Origin: Owenia fusiformis
Taxonomy: Eukaryota
Length of the DNA: 64,000 nucleotides
Assembly: GCA_903813345.2 (NCBI GenBank)
Contig: CAIIXF020000001.1
Span: 46,748,001-46,812,000, forward strand
Reading direction: 5' to 3'
This document shows positions 48,096 to 62,200 of the stretch, in pieces. The notes under the pieces were generated by a model. The model ran no database searches. It was not told where the DNA came from and saw only the letters and a program-made list of their open reading frames with translations. The position numbers and the translations under genes are program-made. How positions within the stretch are numbered: the first letter of the stretch is position 1; the number at the start of each line of letters is the position of its first letter.

Positions 48096-51000
48096 ATGTC
48101 GGCGGATTATGAATCGGTCAGTTGCGTAAAAAATGAGGTTTTTGTCTACAAGATACCCCCAAGACCGTCAAACAGAGGATATAAGTGAGTAGCCTGACAA
48201 TCTTTTCTAATGTAGACGTATTTCCTTATCACACGAGTGCAAAGTCTTTGAGAAAAAGGTTTCCAAAATGAACTATAATTTTTAGATCGATTTTCATTTT
48301 GATTTCGTTTTCTGATTTCCCAACCAAATATGTCAATTTTCAAAGAGGATGCTGTTACTCTTCCCAGGCATAAGTAACTTACGTTAACTTAGTCTATCAA
48401 TACAATCTATGTTTATATAGCATACAGATCAGAGATGATACCTTATGCTCACAAAGCAACAACATGAAATTTTTCTTTTTTGATTGAATTTGAAGCAACT
48501 CCCCTCACAAGTCTTGTGCCTTAGACCCAGTCTATTCCAAGTGTATCTGACCTCTGGATTATAGAAGGTATTGGTTTGAGCTTACTCGAGTCTCAAGCCT
48601 GATACATGACCTGTATACAGCAGTATAAAACATGCAGGGATTTATCTGTGGACGAAGGTCACGATATAGTGGCCTTAGAAGAAGATAAGTTTGAGCAAGA
48701 AATAACACAAGTCTCCGAATAAAGATACAGTCCATACATGTATTGTATGTACAGCTTCTTCGGGGATGTATCATGAGTTACCTATGTCAGAGGCTGCTGA
48801 TTGATTCTGATAGACAGCCTTTACACGCATACAATAATCTGATATATACATGTACATGTAATTGTATCGCCTGAAATTGAAATACTGAATTGAGGTGCCT
48901 ACTTAAGATCTCTGAATGTTCCTAACATCAGTGGCTTTGCTTATGAAACTATTGAAGGTTTCAGGTGTGTCTGTGCTGATCAAGACTTCTTTTTATCGGT
49001 TGAGGTTGATATTTTCTACAAGAAATTAAAATAGCGGTGTTAACGGAAAAAAACGAATTGTCCGGAGATTTTTGAATGAATGTTAACAAATAGCTGCATT
49101 TCAGGGTATACACATTTTTCATATTTCATATTCATCATCAATTTGATCCACTTTAAATGAGATTGGTCTATTTATTGACACTTACAGAGACTGAAGAAAG
49201 GTCAGGTCTTTGTAGAATTTCTGACTGACCAATTTATCTAAAAAGTATTGACTTTTTTTATGAAAAAAAATAATCAAAGGACCAAGTGTAATATTATTTC
49301 AAATTACAAACATACAATGTTGAGATATGGCTTCTACATTTTGGACTGTGCATTTGTGCATTTTTATTTCATGGAAACAAAAGTTCAGTAGTAACTAATG
49401 TGGCCAATGTAAAGTATTAATGCCTGGTTCAGTTAGATATGTTTGTATGCTGGTTTTTCAGAGCTGCAGATTGGAGTCTAGATAAGCCAGATTGGAAGGG
49501 AAGGTTGCGTGTAGTTGCCAAAGGAAAAGCATTAGCCATAAAGTTAGAAGACAAAGTATCAGGTAACTTTGAGGCCTACAGACCATTTCTACTTACTATG
49601 TTAATAGTTGGATTTACACGAGAGCCCTTAGGTGTCTTGGGTAAAAATATTGAACTAATTCACCTGCCTTTCTTCCATAATCCTAAAGCTTTTAAAGAGG
49701 CTCTATGCCATAGGATGGTACAATCAGGATAGCTCCTCATATACCCATCTACTTTCAAAGAAGAAGTCCCAGATCTACCTCTTTCAGTGTTAATTTTGCG
49801 ATTGTGCTGGCCGATCTAATTATTTTTGAAGAAATTAATTCAACCTGAAGTTTGAATATTCCGGGAAAGTCCTCCTGTTATCTGATTGGTTGTTGAATTT
49901 GTTTACCATACACCTGATTGGCTCCCTGTTTCAAGGTGCTGGTGGGCGCTTGTGTGACTCAATGGGGATTCCCCTCGATAGCCGAGTAATCGATTGTGTT
50001 TAATTCTGGAGTTTGGTTGTTCTGTTGATTATTTCCGATATTTCGGCAACAATATACTCAAGAGTTATTCTCAAGATATATCCATGATATGTGAGATATT
50101 ATATGAGCAATAACAATAGTTATTTTTGTGAAACCGATGCATTCTTTAGCACAAAGTATAGAAGTGGGAACGGAATAGCTATGTTGACTGAACCGTCTTT
50201 AAACCAGTACTGAACTGCTTTTTCATTCATTTTACATGTATACCTATGTACATATCTCTAAGACGTTTTAGAAAAACAGGTGTAATCTCAATTATATTTC
50301 GTAAGAGGTCTTGAAAAAGGTGGTGTAAACTCAACATAATTTTTCAAAAACGTTTTAGTCAAGATGTCTTGGAATGTTGCATGTAGTGTAAATTGGGCTA
50401 ATGTGACGCTTGTTTATCCTTTATTTCAAAATAAAAATCAGTCTATATTCTCATGTTTATTCGTGTCCGACATTCTCTTCATTAGTTCCTTCAGGGACGT
50501 ATTGTAAAAATTTAAAAATATGCAAATCTGTAGCAAAATCAAATTTGAATAATGAATAATGAACAGGGAGGAGCAATGTCTTACAATCATATTATCATAC
50601 TTCATTGTTGTTTTAGAATATGCTCCAAATGCTTTAATATTTATTTTCCCAGGTGAACTATTTGCAAAATGCCCAGTCGAAACATATCCAGGTCCAGCAG
50701 TTGAGGCAGTCACAGACTCGAGCCGTTACTTTGTCATCAGGATCCTAAATGACAATGGCCAATCAGCTTCCATAGGGATTGGTTTCCAGGATCGGGGAGA
50801 TTCATTTGATCTAAATGTGGCACTTCAGGAGCATTTTAAGTAAGTGCAGACTGCAGGTTATGTATAGAAATAAGGATTAAGTCATGGTTTGACTCCTAAA
50901 CATACAAACAATACTGATGAATAAATTAAGGTGCCCATTAAAGGTGCAACAATTCATCAACCAGTGTCAAAATATATTTAAGTTTGGATATTTCATCCAA

Positions 51001-54000
51001 GACTAACATAAATTTTTATTATCTACAAAGAAACCCTCTGGATGAACATTATTTCAGCTGATATATCTCTTGAAACATGGTGAATCTTAAAAATCTATTA
51101 GTGGGACTCCCTTTAAAGAAGCTTTGGACTGAATTTACACTTCTTAATGCTGAAATTGAGAGTTTATCCATACATTTTAAGAAAATAGGTATGTCAAAGA
51201 AGATGTTAAGCGAAATATTGACCTGATAACTCAGAAAAAATTAAAATTGCGAAATTTCTCTCTACAGTCCTTGTTGCCCCTTTAATGAAGGTTACAGTTT
51301 TGAAAAAATGAGATAAAAATGAAATGGATTTTGGAGTATTCTTTTGAAACCTTTATGCAAATCAATTCAGGCATATGTTAAAAGTAGGGATGTCAGTAAA
51401 TGCCATCTAGTGGCAATTGCTATAAGTAATTATACTAAATGAAGATTCAGGATAGAACATGCAGTTTTATTGATAACAGTGTTTCCCTTTGAAATATGCT
51501 TCAATTTAAACAATAACAATTAACTTTATCGGCGAGAAAGTTAACAACTTAAAATTAATCTCAGATTACAAGTTTTTGCGCAACATGCGGAGCAATCTTA
51601 TGACATTCAAAAGATCCGCGCTGCATAAGCATAACCGGAAGTAGACGGAAAATGTAAGTTGTTGAACTGTTTTAAACTTATCAACTACTTTATTGATTAT
51701 GTCCCGTCCTGAAATGGATAATTCCCGTTCTGTCCCTTCCCGAAATATTTTTGTCCCATGACATCCCTTGTTAAAAGCTGCACAAAGTATTCATAATGGT
51801 ATTTTGTTGGCACGTGTTAATGCCTGGCAACCCATACAATAACTCTAAGCATGGCACACTTTGAAGTTCTGTGGCAGAATTGCGAAAGGATTGGTAGTGA
51901 TAGGATGAACTAAATTCAACATTGTTTTTCCATTAAATCAAATATTGAAAACAATCTGTAAAAAACACATCCTATGTATAATTGTCAGCAATTGACAACA
52001 ATTAAATGTGAAAATTATTAATATGTATACTGAGAATTAACTGTTGGCCAAGACAGTCAACAATCTTGATTCATGCAAGAGGTATACAGTTTTGCCAGTC
52101 AACCTCTGGACCAGTCATCATTGTATCTAACCCTCAAGGAACATCAATGTGTAGTTAACATGTCAATTTTACCATCATTTCAGATGGTTAAAGACAACAG
52201 ATGATATAGAAAAACAGTCAAAACAGTCTGATTCTGCACCTAAGCTGGACTTAGGTTTCAAGGAAGGACAAACTATCAAGATTAATATAGCGGTAAGTAC
52301 ACTTATAGACAGAACTTCCTAAATATGAAGAATGTAGAATGTACAATTCGGTCTACAGTATCTTGAGAAAAATGTTACTAGATTGCACCAAAGATCTAAT
52401 TGTTAACCCTGATAATTACACTTCTTATCAATTGTGTTTAGGGTAGAAGTACAAAGCCAAGGGAGAAAAAGCAAAATACTGGTGGAGGTCTTGGCTTGTT
52501 ACCACCTCCCCCAGGTAGCAGTGGTGGGGCCGGTTTCTTGCCCCCACCCCCAGGTGGTGCCAGACTCTCCTCAGGTCAAAGTTCACAGCCAGCAGCAGTG
52601 CAAGTTCAACAAGTATCCCAGTCCCAGCCCCCAGCAAGCAATACTGACCTCTTAATGGGTATTTCTGCGCCACCCCCAGCACAACAAAACACTCAGCAAG
52701 TCACTGGCGATCCATTTGCATCTTTAGGCAGGTGAGTAGAGTAAAAAGTAAAGTAAACAATTCAGAAACAAGTGACTGTCACTCATGTTTACTTCCAAGC
52801 AATTTCCTAATATTACATGAGGGAGGGCTTTGATTGACCATTAAATGCAGGAATATTACTTTGTTTTTATGTAACTAACAAGGAGTGGTCACCTTGCGGT
52901 ATAACTACCATTTTTGTGACCAGCATATGTAGTTCTGCAGCTCACATTAACAATACGTATTATGTGGACGGAAATATTTGGAAACCTTGGATCTCAAATT
53001 CCTATCGTGAATATCACTTTATAAGACAAATCTAAGGAGGAGGGAAGTTAGCGCAACAGATTTTGGGCAGTCATATGTTTGATTTTGGCCATTTCCTGGG
53101 GATTTAAACAGGTGCATATGTTAGGCGAATGCATTACCTCCAGGAAAATCATTTCTAGAGATGATAGAATAATTTCGATTTTAAGACAGGGTAGATGCAA
53201 ACAACCCTCCCACATGTTTTTTCTGAAATGTTTTCCTGATTTTCTACCCCTTCCATCCTTGCTTTTTAATTTTTCTTGCATCAATATGTTGCATTTTGAC
53301 ACAAAGTTAATCCCTTAAAAGGAATAAATGATTCCTTTTAGATAAAGTGGAAAACAATATTTCCCATGTTATTTTCCCATAGGAAAAATCATTGCTTTCA
53401 GCTAAGTTTGGTAACCCATAGTGGGTATCTTTAAAACCCCCGAAGGAATCACTTATTCCTTTAAAGTGGTTAATTATGTGTCAAAATGCAACATATTGAT
53501 GCAAGAAAAATTAAAAAAGCAGGGATGGAAGGGGTCAAAAATTAGGAAAACATTTCAGAAAAAACAGGTGGGTGGGTTGTTTGCATCTACCCTGTCTCAA
53601 AGTCGAAATTATTTTATCATCTCTAGAAGTGATTTTCCTGGAGGTAATGCATTGGCCTAACATATGCAATTGTTTAAAGCCTCAGAAAATGGCCAAAATC
53701 CAACATATGACTGTCCAAAATCTGTTGCGCCTACTTCCCTCCTCCTTTATGAGACTAATCGCCTGTAATCTAATGTAATTAAGGTTTTACCTTATCATTT
53801 TAGTCCATATTCAAAATATAGATACATAAGCACATACTCTAGCTTGTAGGGAGAGGGCAATACAACCCTATCCTTGCAAAAAGCAAAATCAATTTCAAAA
53901 TTTAGATAGTAGTAGGTGTGAAATATTTTGTGATATTTTTGATCACATGGTGCAAGATTGACCAATCAGAAAGCAGGGATTCTTGAATTGAGACAATAAT

Positions 54001-54058
54001 ATTTTTACTTTCCAGTTCTAGTGGTTCAGTAGGAGGAGGAGGATGGGAGCAGTTCTGA
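48096..54058 (+). CDS. NECAP: Adaptin ear-binding coat-associated protein (NECAP), ~272 aa
   Basis: Exons 48096-48184, 49462-49562, 50653-50839, 52184-52292, 52442-52731, 54016-54058 total 819 nt. PHear motifs [85 protein letters not shown]-terminal WEQF (WxxF). Confidence 0.96.
51385..51769. mobile_element. hAT-like MITE in a NECAP intron
   Basis: TIR TAGGGATGTCA / TGACATCCCTT. 8-bp TSD GTTAAAAG at 51377-51384 and 51770-51777. Confidence 0.82.
53035..53745. mobile_element. Fold-back MITE (Kolobok-like), complete copy of the 16400-17082 family
   Basis: GGAGGAGGGAAGT...ACTTCCCTCCTCC with ~290-bp inverted arms. Flanks CTAA and TTTA each differ from TTAA by one base. Confidence 0.8.
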
Positions 54059-55139
54059 TATCTTCATATGTCCGTCATAACCTTTTAGTTCAGACCATTC
54101 GAGGATAACATAGCGTGTCAACATGTGATATACTGAGAGACCAAGTGCATTCCATTAATTCTTGACAACTACTCTGATTTTGTATTACTCTATCATGAAA
54201 GCATCTTATGGACAAACTATTCAGTGAAGTCTATGTCACCAGTCACCACCAAAAAGGAATGACATTTTTATGACTTGTGTTTGTCAGTTGGCCTCTGTAA
54301 CTATTGTTACACTTCTGTAACTGCAACTAGGTCCTTACATTCTGTCATGTTAATGTCTTGTTCCTACAATACCATAAGTCTTGTCCCAAGACCCAGTTTG
54401 ATTTATAATATATTGGATTTATAAAGAGATCACAATATGATATGCTTATGAAATACCACATATTAAAAAGGGATACATTGTACATGTCTTTGATATCTCT
54501 ATAGATTCTAACATTTAGCAGGCTTTAGCAAACTTTCCAAGACATAAATGAATGAAAAGCAATTATTTTAGATTTGTGCCATACTATTCAATACCAAATT
54601 TGATAACTGTGGGTCATATTGTATAAATTCTTGCCATGCTTTGTTTTAAAATCCTAAGATTTCAGAATATGTAAATTGTATATGAATTTCCTGTAATGAT
54701 CTGATTCAATACATGACTCCTGATGCATGACTTTACTTACAATTTTACTAGCTGTTCACATACATATTATGCATCCAGTATCCAGCCAAGGGTTTCTTAC
54801 TCAAATGGTCGTAAAATTACCATTTTATAGTTGGTCAGAATATGTCAGTTTATTGTGACACAATGAGCCTGCAGCAATAAAGAATAGACAGAAAATTAAA
54901 AATTGAATTAATAATTTTGCTTGGTCTATATTTCTCTGACTACTCTGACAGTGAAATGTATAAATATGAACTTGAAGAACTGCTAAATCTCGTTGAATAA
55001 ATGCAATCAAGCCAAAATGGTACATCTGGTATTCTAAGATCCTCTTCTAATAGTATACTTGAATATTGGATTTAAGGACATATAATATAATTTACAATAT
55101 TTGGTTTTGAACATCTTTACAATATCTGGTCACATTGGA

Positions 55140-55491
55140 TCACAATCAACCTATCAGTTGAGTTTATGTTGAGCTCACAATCAACCTATCAGTTGAGTTT
55201 ATGTTGAGCTCACTATCAACCTATCAGTTGAGTTTATGTTGAGCTCACAATCAACCTATCAGTTGAGTTTATGTTGAGCTCACAATCAACCTATCAGTTG
55301 AGTTTATGTTGAGCTCACAATCAACCTATCAGTTGAGTTTATGTTGAGCTCACAATCAACCTATCAGTTGAGTTTATGTTGAGCTCACAATCAACCTATC
55401 AGTTGAGTTTATTTTGAGCTCACAATCGACCTATCAGTTGAGTTTATGTTGAGCTCACAATCAACCTATCAGTTGAGTTTATGTTGAACTC
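55140..55491. repeat. Minisatellite, 35-bp unit, ~10 copies
   Basis: TCACAATCAACCTATCAGTTGAGTTTATGTTGAGC repeated with only a few point variants. Confidence 0.95.
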
Positions 55492-56046
55492 AATAATAAC
55501 ATGTTGTCGTTACACAGCTTTCTAGAAAATCCAACACATAGAATAGAGTTCCTGAAAACAGTATCCAACCAAAATGGCTAAGAGATTATCTACAATGTAG
55601 ACATGACATGTACACCCTCCTATAAAAGTATGGCAACTAGATGTGACCATTGTGTTAAAGCTTGTGAATGTTTTTTTTTTGATTTCCATATCATAAAAAT
55701 TCATCAAATATGATGAAATTCGGTTCAAATCGGTAAACATAAATAAGCTTTAACACGGGTCCAAAAATTGACTTTTGATTTCTAAACTTTTAGAGGAGAG
55801 TGTTGAATATAAATATATGTATAGACTATAAAGTGTATAATGTATAGCAGACTACGAAGTATATGTATAGAATAAATAAAACAATGTGCTATAGAATATT
55901 ATTTAAATCTATTTGTTTTTAATTATAGTAGGAAACAACCAATCAGGCTTTGGAATTTTGTTCAATTGAAATGTCTCCAGACGTACAGTCCAATTACATT
56001 TGAATTTGCATAAATGCCTGTACAAGTATATTTATTTTAATTGAAC

Positions 56047-56762
56047 TTATTATCCCAACGTAACGAATGAAGTTAACCAGGGATATAGTGAAGGCCTCCG
56101 TCAGTCAGTCCGTTTGTCCATCCGGAAGAATACTCGAATACTAGTGGATGGATATTTTCATATTTGGTGGAAAGAAGTATTGGTGAATAGTTTTACGAAA
56201 GAAAAGTTTTTAAAGTTGGCCGCCACTTCAAAAATGGCGGAACTATACTATTGTTTGAAATTTTGGTATTATAATCACAACATCTATCTATTTCACACAT
56301 ATTCCCTGTTTTTCACCCTAACCCCCAAGGGCCGTGTATTTGGGATCGGGGAAGTTATGAGATCTTTCTGAATGAAGTATAGCTTTTTTATACTTAAATG
56401 AAAGTCAATATAGAGTCGATTGCTAATATTGTATCGTTTTTTTGATTCCAGCATTGAAAAATTCAAAGTGGCCGCCTAATGTGGGATTACGCGATAATTT
56501 CCTTATCTATTCAAAGTATGGCTATATTATACTCAAAATGAAAGAATTATATAGTAGATCACAATTGTGGTATTGTTTTTCCGATTCGTGTCTCAGAAAA
56601 TTCAAAATGGCTGCCTACAGTAGTGATTCGCTATAACTCGGAGAACTCTTCAAAGTAACAAGTAAGGTTCTATTATACTACATCTATATTATTGCCTCTA
56701 TGATTTGTGCCATTACATATTCATGAACAGTGTTCGTTGGGATTTGCTTCTCATTCCTAGTT
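56047..56762 (+). mobile_element. DINE-1/HINE-like Helentron-associated element
   Basis: 5' TTATTATCCCAACG, a GTCA/GTCC microsatellite at ~56100, internal repeats with AAAATGGC, subterminal inverted repeat CGTTGGGAT and 3' CTAG|TT. Confidence 0.65.
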
Positions 56763-56884
56763 CGAACATGCATTTTTGAAGTACAATAATCAACTAAAAT
56801 AAACCACATAACTAATCTGGCATTATGAAGAATGAACTTCCACCTTGGTATACTATTGTAAATATTTTAAGAATGTTCGTGTAA

Positions 56885-57280
56885 TGAACAATGTGGTCCA
56901 TATTTCCATGAAGATCTGTTCATCAGGTGCATCTTTACATGCAGGTAGGTTCATGAAGTTAATCTTTTCATGAAGATGGGTCATTTTTCATTTGATTTTC
57001 ATTTGAGTTACATACGAGCATTATGAACATTATCTCGTATATTAACATGATTAAGTTAATCTTTTTTATTAAGATGGGGTCATTAGGTTAATCTTTTCAC
57101 TAAGATGGGTTCATAAGGTTCATCTTTACATGAAGGTAAGTTCATATTTACATGAATAAATGTTCATAATGCTCACCACTACACGAGGGTATGTTCATAA
57201 GGTTAATATTAACATGGAGATCTGTTCATAAGGTTCATCATTACATGAGGTAGGGTCATTTTTACATGACGATTTTTCAT
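56885..57280. repeat. Degenerate ~30-bp tandem repeat
   Basis: Recurrent CATGAAGAT..GTTCAT.AGGTT.ATCTTT-like motifs. Confidence 0.55.
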
Positions 57281-59285
57281 TGACTTCTGGGCTATTTCCC
57301 TCTTCATTTCAGGCAAACCTTCAACAATGTTAATTCAAATATTTACTACTCACCATGGTGATATGTTGTTAACATCTGGTTACTAATATACAAACATTAC
57401 TAATTAGGCTACTTTCATTAGCACATTTCAGGTATACCAATGTACAATGTGTCGCGCGCCTAAACTCTCGTTATCGGGAACAAAATGAATCGTTCCAAGA
57501 CCAGGTTTAAAGGGTGACGCATATCGTTTAGCAAATCGAACGCTCGTTTCTGGTGTTGCTCACCGTTTAGTATAAAAGGCCCGATCCCGGAATAATACTC
57601 AAGGGTTCACAGGTTCGAGGTCGTTGTGTCAACACCTCTAACTGTTATATAGCATAAGTATATTATAGATCGTCACACATTTATAAAAGGGTGATTTTTA
57701 TTTTGACAAATCAATTCCACATTTATGGGTGAAGTTTCAGGATCTTCTATTTGTGTATAATAAGGAAAAATTGGCATCTAAATTTCCCCATAACGTAATA
57801 GCACAAAGCTTGGCATATGAAATATCCTACAAATGAAACAAAGCAAGACAACCCGGTTTCTAATACAAGGATTTATATTGGCTGTTGTACATGTATTCTT
57901 TGAACGCAATCACTAATGGATAACGTTTTCAAAATCATTATAAACGGATTACTTTATCTCAAAGACAATTTCAATAAACTGGATTTTACAGAACTCCCCT
58001 TATTTCTTAAAAATGGACTGATCCAGTTGATTCGCCTGGAGCCGCCATATTGTTTTTATACGGGATGCTAATCGGAACCCTTTAAGAAGTAAAATTATGT
58101 CTTACATTAAGTGCCTAATCACTCTTTGTTATTTGTGAAACATATTTGATATAATTCCAATGACATATGATCAATGAGAATGTTGATTAGTTGAATGTTG
58201 ATGAAATGTTGTTTAGGCTGATCTGTTTTTTACTCTAGTTGCGCAGAGTGGATATAATTTATTGCTTTGAAAAATATGCCGAGGAAAATTTTCGCGATTT
58301 AGTAGCTGTATGTGGGGTCATGGGATTTCGCGGGGATACCGTACGGCCTTATAAATATACAATATGTTCTTCTCATTCTACCACTTATGTCGCCCTGCAT
58401 AGCAGATCTTTAATGGCGACAATTATATTTAACGATTGTCATTGCTATATATTCTAGGCTACTGTATATTTCTTCCATGATTATGAGTTAAATGATTAAC
58501 TGACGGCAATCAAACAATTTAGCTACCTTGGCCTCAGATGTGTTATGGCATATATGCAGGCAAATGCTACATGATCAATTGTATTCTATTAACACTAATC
58601 ACACTTGTTGCTTGAACAAAAAACAATATTTTAATATAAGTGTGTGGCGCATGCAGCTAATACATTCTGCAGTTAGTGCAAGCGTTCTGCGAGTCGAACA
58701 GAAACTGCTTCCAATCGTAATAGATAATTTTGCGGATCTCATTGATTTCGAAGAAAGAATTTTTTCAGTTTTATTTTCATTTGTAACCAGTGCATCATGA
58801 CTCTTTACCAGCCATGTGATCATGTATGGTTCGAGGAGAATAGAGAACATATCTACACATCGATTGTTTCATCTACTACAATCACACGAGGTGAGTTCAC
58901 TTGTGATCCGCTCAATTACGTTGGTTACCGGAATGTCTTATTATTACCTATTCAAAATTTGGAGAGATGTGGTAGACATTTTTGGTATTTTTGATTGCAT
59001 GATACATACAAAATTTGTAATTTAAAAAATGATTAATTAATATTAATACATTGGATTACCAATCACTACACTTTGGGCCTAGAATGTTAATCATGCATTA
59101 CAATGGTTTCTATGCGAAATATTGTGCCCTAGAAAGTCTTTCATGAGAAGGTATATTTTGTTTTCTGTTTAACAAGAAATCACTGACTCACATGACTACT
59201 TATATAAATCTTTAATGATTGGCGCGTGTGATTTTTGAAATACATTTTTTGGATAAGAAAAATGTGCTCTAGAGTCTGCGACTAC

Positions 59286-62200
59286 ATGATGAGACAAACT
59301 ACAGCTACTCTCGTCCTAAATGAAAGAACATTTTTCCGATATCGACAGATATATTGGATGAGACAGTTCGCTTTGAGAACAACGCAGCTTGTTTCAACGT
59401 ATGAATCCACCGTATTCAATGCAAGTTGCCCTGTCATCGATTTCGTGTCTATTTCAGGATCTTCAAACTCTTCTACACCATGTCGGCACAAACGATTCAC
59501 GAGTATTCATGGGTTTTTAGCATTAATACTGTGTCCTGCTCTAGTTGTGTTCGCTGTCACAGCTCTCAACCTTTTAGAAGATGCCAGTCTGCTATCCGAT
59601 ATACAAAAGGTATGAATGGGAAATCTGCAAATTCGCATGTTGGGGTTTACAGCCGTGACAAAACGAATTCCAGGAATACTCTCGTTTACATTACTTTGCC
59701 TCGCCCATAATTGATGCATATTGTTTTCCGTAAACCATTATTTTAAAGTGAAGATTCTTATGAGAAAGTGAAGAAAGAAATCTTAAGTTGTGGATAAACT
59801 TTAAGTACTGGGTTTTAGGATAAACAATAGCCGATGGCTGATAGGCAAGAAGCTATTAGTTGTCATAAGACCCGATGCGAATGGTTTATCTAACTTAAAT
59901 CCCACACTGACTCTTATGAAAGGTAAATGGTCCATGGTCGAGTTTTAGGAAAAGTTGATTTATTTTGTAACTAACAGTGTAACTAAACAGTTTCTTTTGT
60001 AACTAACAAGTAACAAGGACTATCAAAACAACGTTCATGGGCTCTAATTACAAGAGAAATAGACCAGGAAACAAGTCTTATTCAAGACAATGAATATTCT
60101 GGACATTCGATGCTTTTGTATTGACATATATTATTAAAATAACGTTTCACAATGTCATTTCAATTAACTGCTTTACATATTTCTAGGTCATTCGTTTCGT
60201 TCATGAGGAAGAACAGATCCATTTGTTCATCTCTAATCTCCAAGAGGAAAGGTATACTTCATTCATCTATATCAACAAAGATATTGCGATTCTAACAGAA
60301 CAGGACGGTAGCAGGCTTGCGGAGGTATATTCTCACACAGATGGCTCAATAAGACAGTTATCGACAAATGCCCATCCAAATATCGATGATGTAAAAAACA
60401 AGAATAATGTGTTGAATAATATCACAGCGTTGCGCCTTGATATACACATGCATCGGATGAATTTTTTGAACAATTGCCTGAATAGTACTGGTTCCAATCA
60501 CGATTGCAGATTTTACACTGATCTCATTCATAATCTAACTGTAGAACTTAATTCAAAGAGTTCGTTAAGTTATAGTCACTTTCCATGGAAAATACAAAGC
60601 AGAATTTTAAAGATACAGGTGCGCATCGAATTATGTAGTCGAGAAACCCATGCAGCAACGATGTTGGGTAAAGATCATACACAGTCGTTCCTTGAAACAG
60701 TATCACCTCAATCCAAGGCTATCTCATATAATCCGGAACTTCATTTACTTCGTCTAAGCATGCTCAATCAGATCATGTCCAAACAAAATAAATCACATAA
60801 CAAATCAACTTTGACAGTTAAGCAGCGGACATTGATTGATGAACTGAAACAATATTCACAATCATTGCGAAAGGAACAAGAACAGTGTTATATGGAACTC
60901 AGAGCGACTCTCAAGAGAGATGAAACATATCGGACATTGACAATTGGTGTTACTGGAGTAATCTTATGCATAACAACATTGCTTATTATCGCCCAAGTGA
61001 TGACTTTAAGGAATTCGTTACGTACTGCGAAGATACTAAAAACAGCGGCTGTTGTCACTCTTAGAGAGATCGCAAGTACCCGTGAAAAAGTATTTTCGGT
61101 TATGAACCACGTTCTTCCAAAAGAAGTCAGGGAAGAATTCAACTCAACCATAGTAAGTTTACACTGGCGTAATGTCGTTTCTTTAGTTTTAACAATTCAT
61201 TTCAAGTATTCCCTTTTCAAAACCAAACACCCAAATTGTCTCTTTAAAAGATTGACTGTCGAATTAAAATAAAACTGGTAATGCTAATTGCAGGAACAGA
61301 AAGGGAGACATGACGCCAATATGACAGTTTTAACAGTTGAACTTCCAAACTTCTCTGAAATTTTGAAACAGAACTCATGCCACCAAGTTATAGATCTAAT
61401 GGGATCCATATTTACCCTACTTGACGAAAGGGTCAGTTTGTTTGATGCTTATAGGATAGAAAGTCCGCGGAACACATATGCTGTGACATCCTGTAAGTTC
61501 ACCATTTATTGTTCACTGATTTTTGGCTTTAAATTTATATTACGAAGTTGACTCTTAGCAGATACAAAAAATATAAAATGAGAAATAATATTCATACAAT
61601 AATTCAATCAATAATAAAATGAAATAATGAAATAAAAAGGCCCCCAGCTAAAACAGCAAAATGAAAAATATGTACTTCGTAATCATAGATAACCTTCAAC
61701 AAGACAAGCTAACAAGATAATTGGAGCACTGGATTGAACAATAAAATATATCTATTTTACACTTCAGCTCTTCAAGGTCAAACAGATCATAGAAATGCTC
61801 AGGAAATTGCAGATCTCTCTCTGGATTTCATGGTGGTAACATCAGATCTTGAGGTCCCACATTCAGGAAAAGTCAATCTAAAGCTTGTTATACATACAGG
61901 TAAATCAACTTGCAGTCGGAAAGTCGCAATTTGATCATTGAATACATTTTGCTTGGGAGGGGGCGGGGCGGGGCGGGGTGGTTTCTTTTTCTGCTCGATC
62001 ATAGTTTGGGATATTTGAGTTTGTTTTCCGTATGACCGAGTGATCTCTCTGAATCACACATCCAAATATTATGGCTCCATCACAAACAGTTTTTAGATGT
62101 CTCTTTTTTAGTAACATCTGGGTCAGTACCACAAACAACTAAATTTGAATTTAAAACTAAAGTGCCTCTGCTTCCGAAACATTTGGCATCTTGCTGCTAT

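Noticed and set aside
55140..55491. CRISPR-like appearance of short repeat arrays (also 34977-35229 and 27595-28078)
   Set aside because: The units are contiguous with no unique spacers, no cas genes are present, and the context is eukaryotic.
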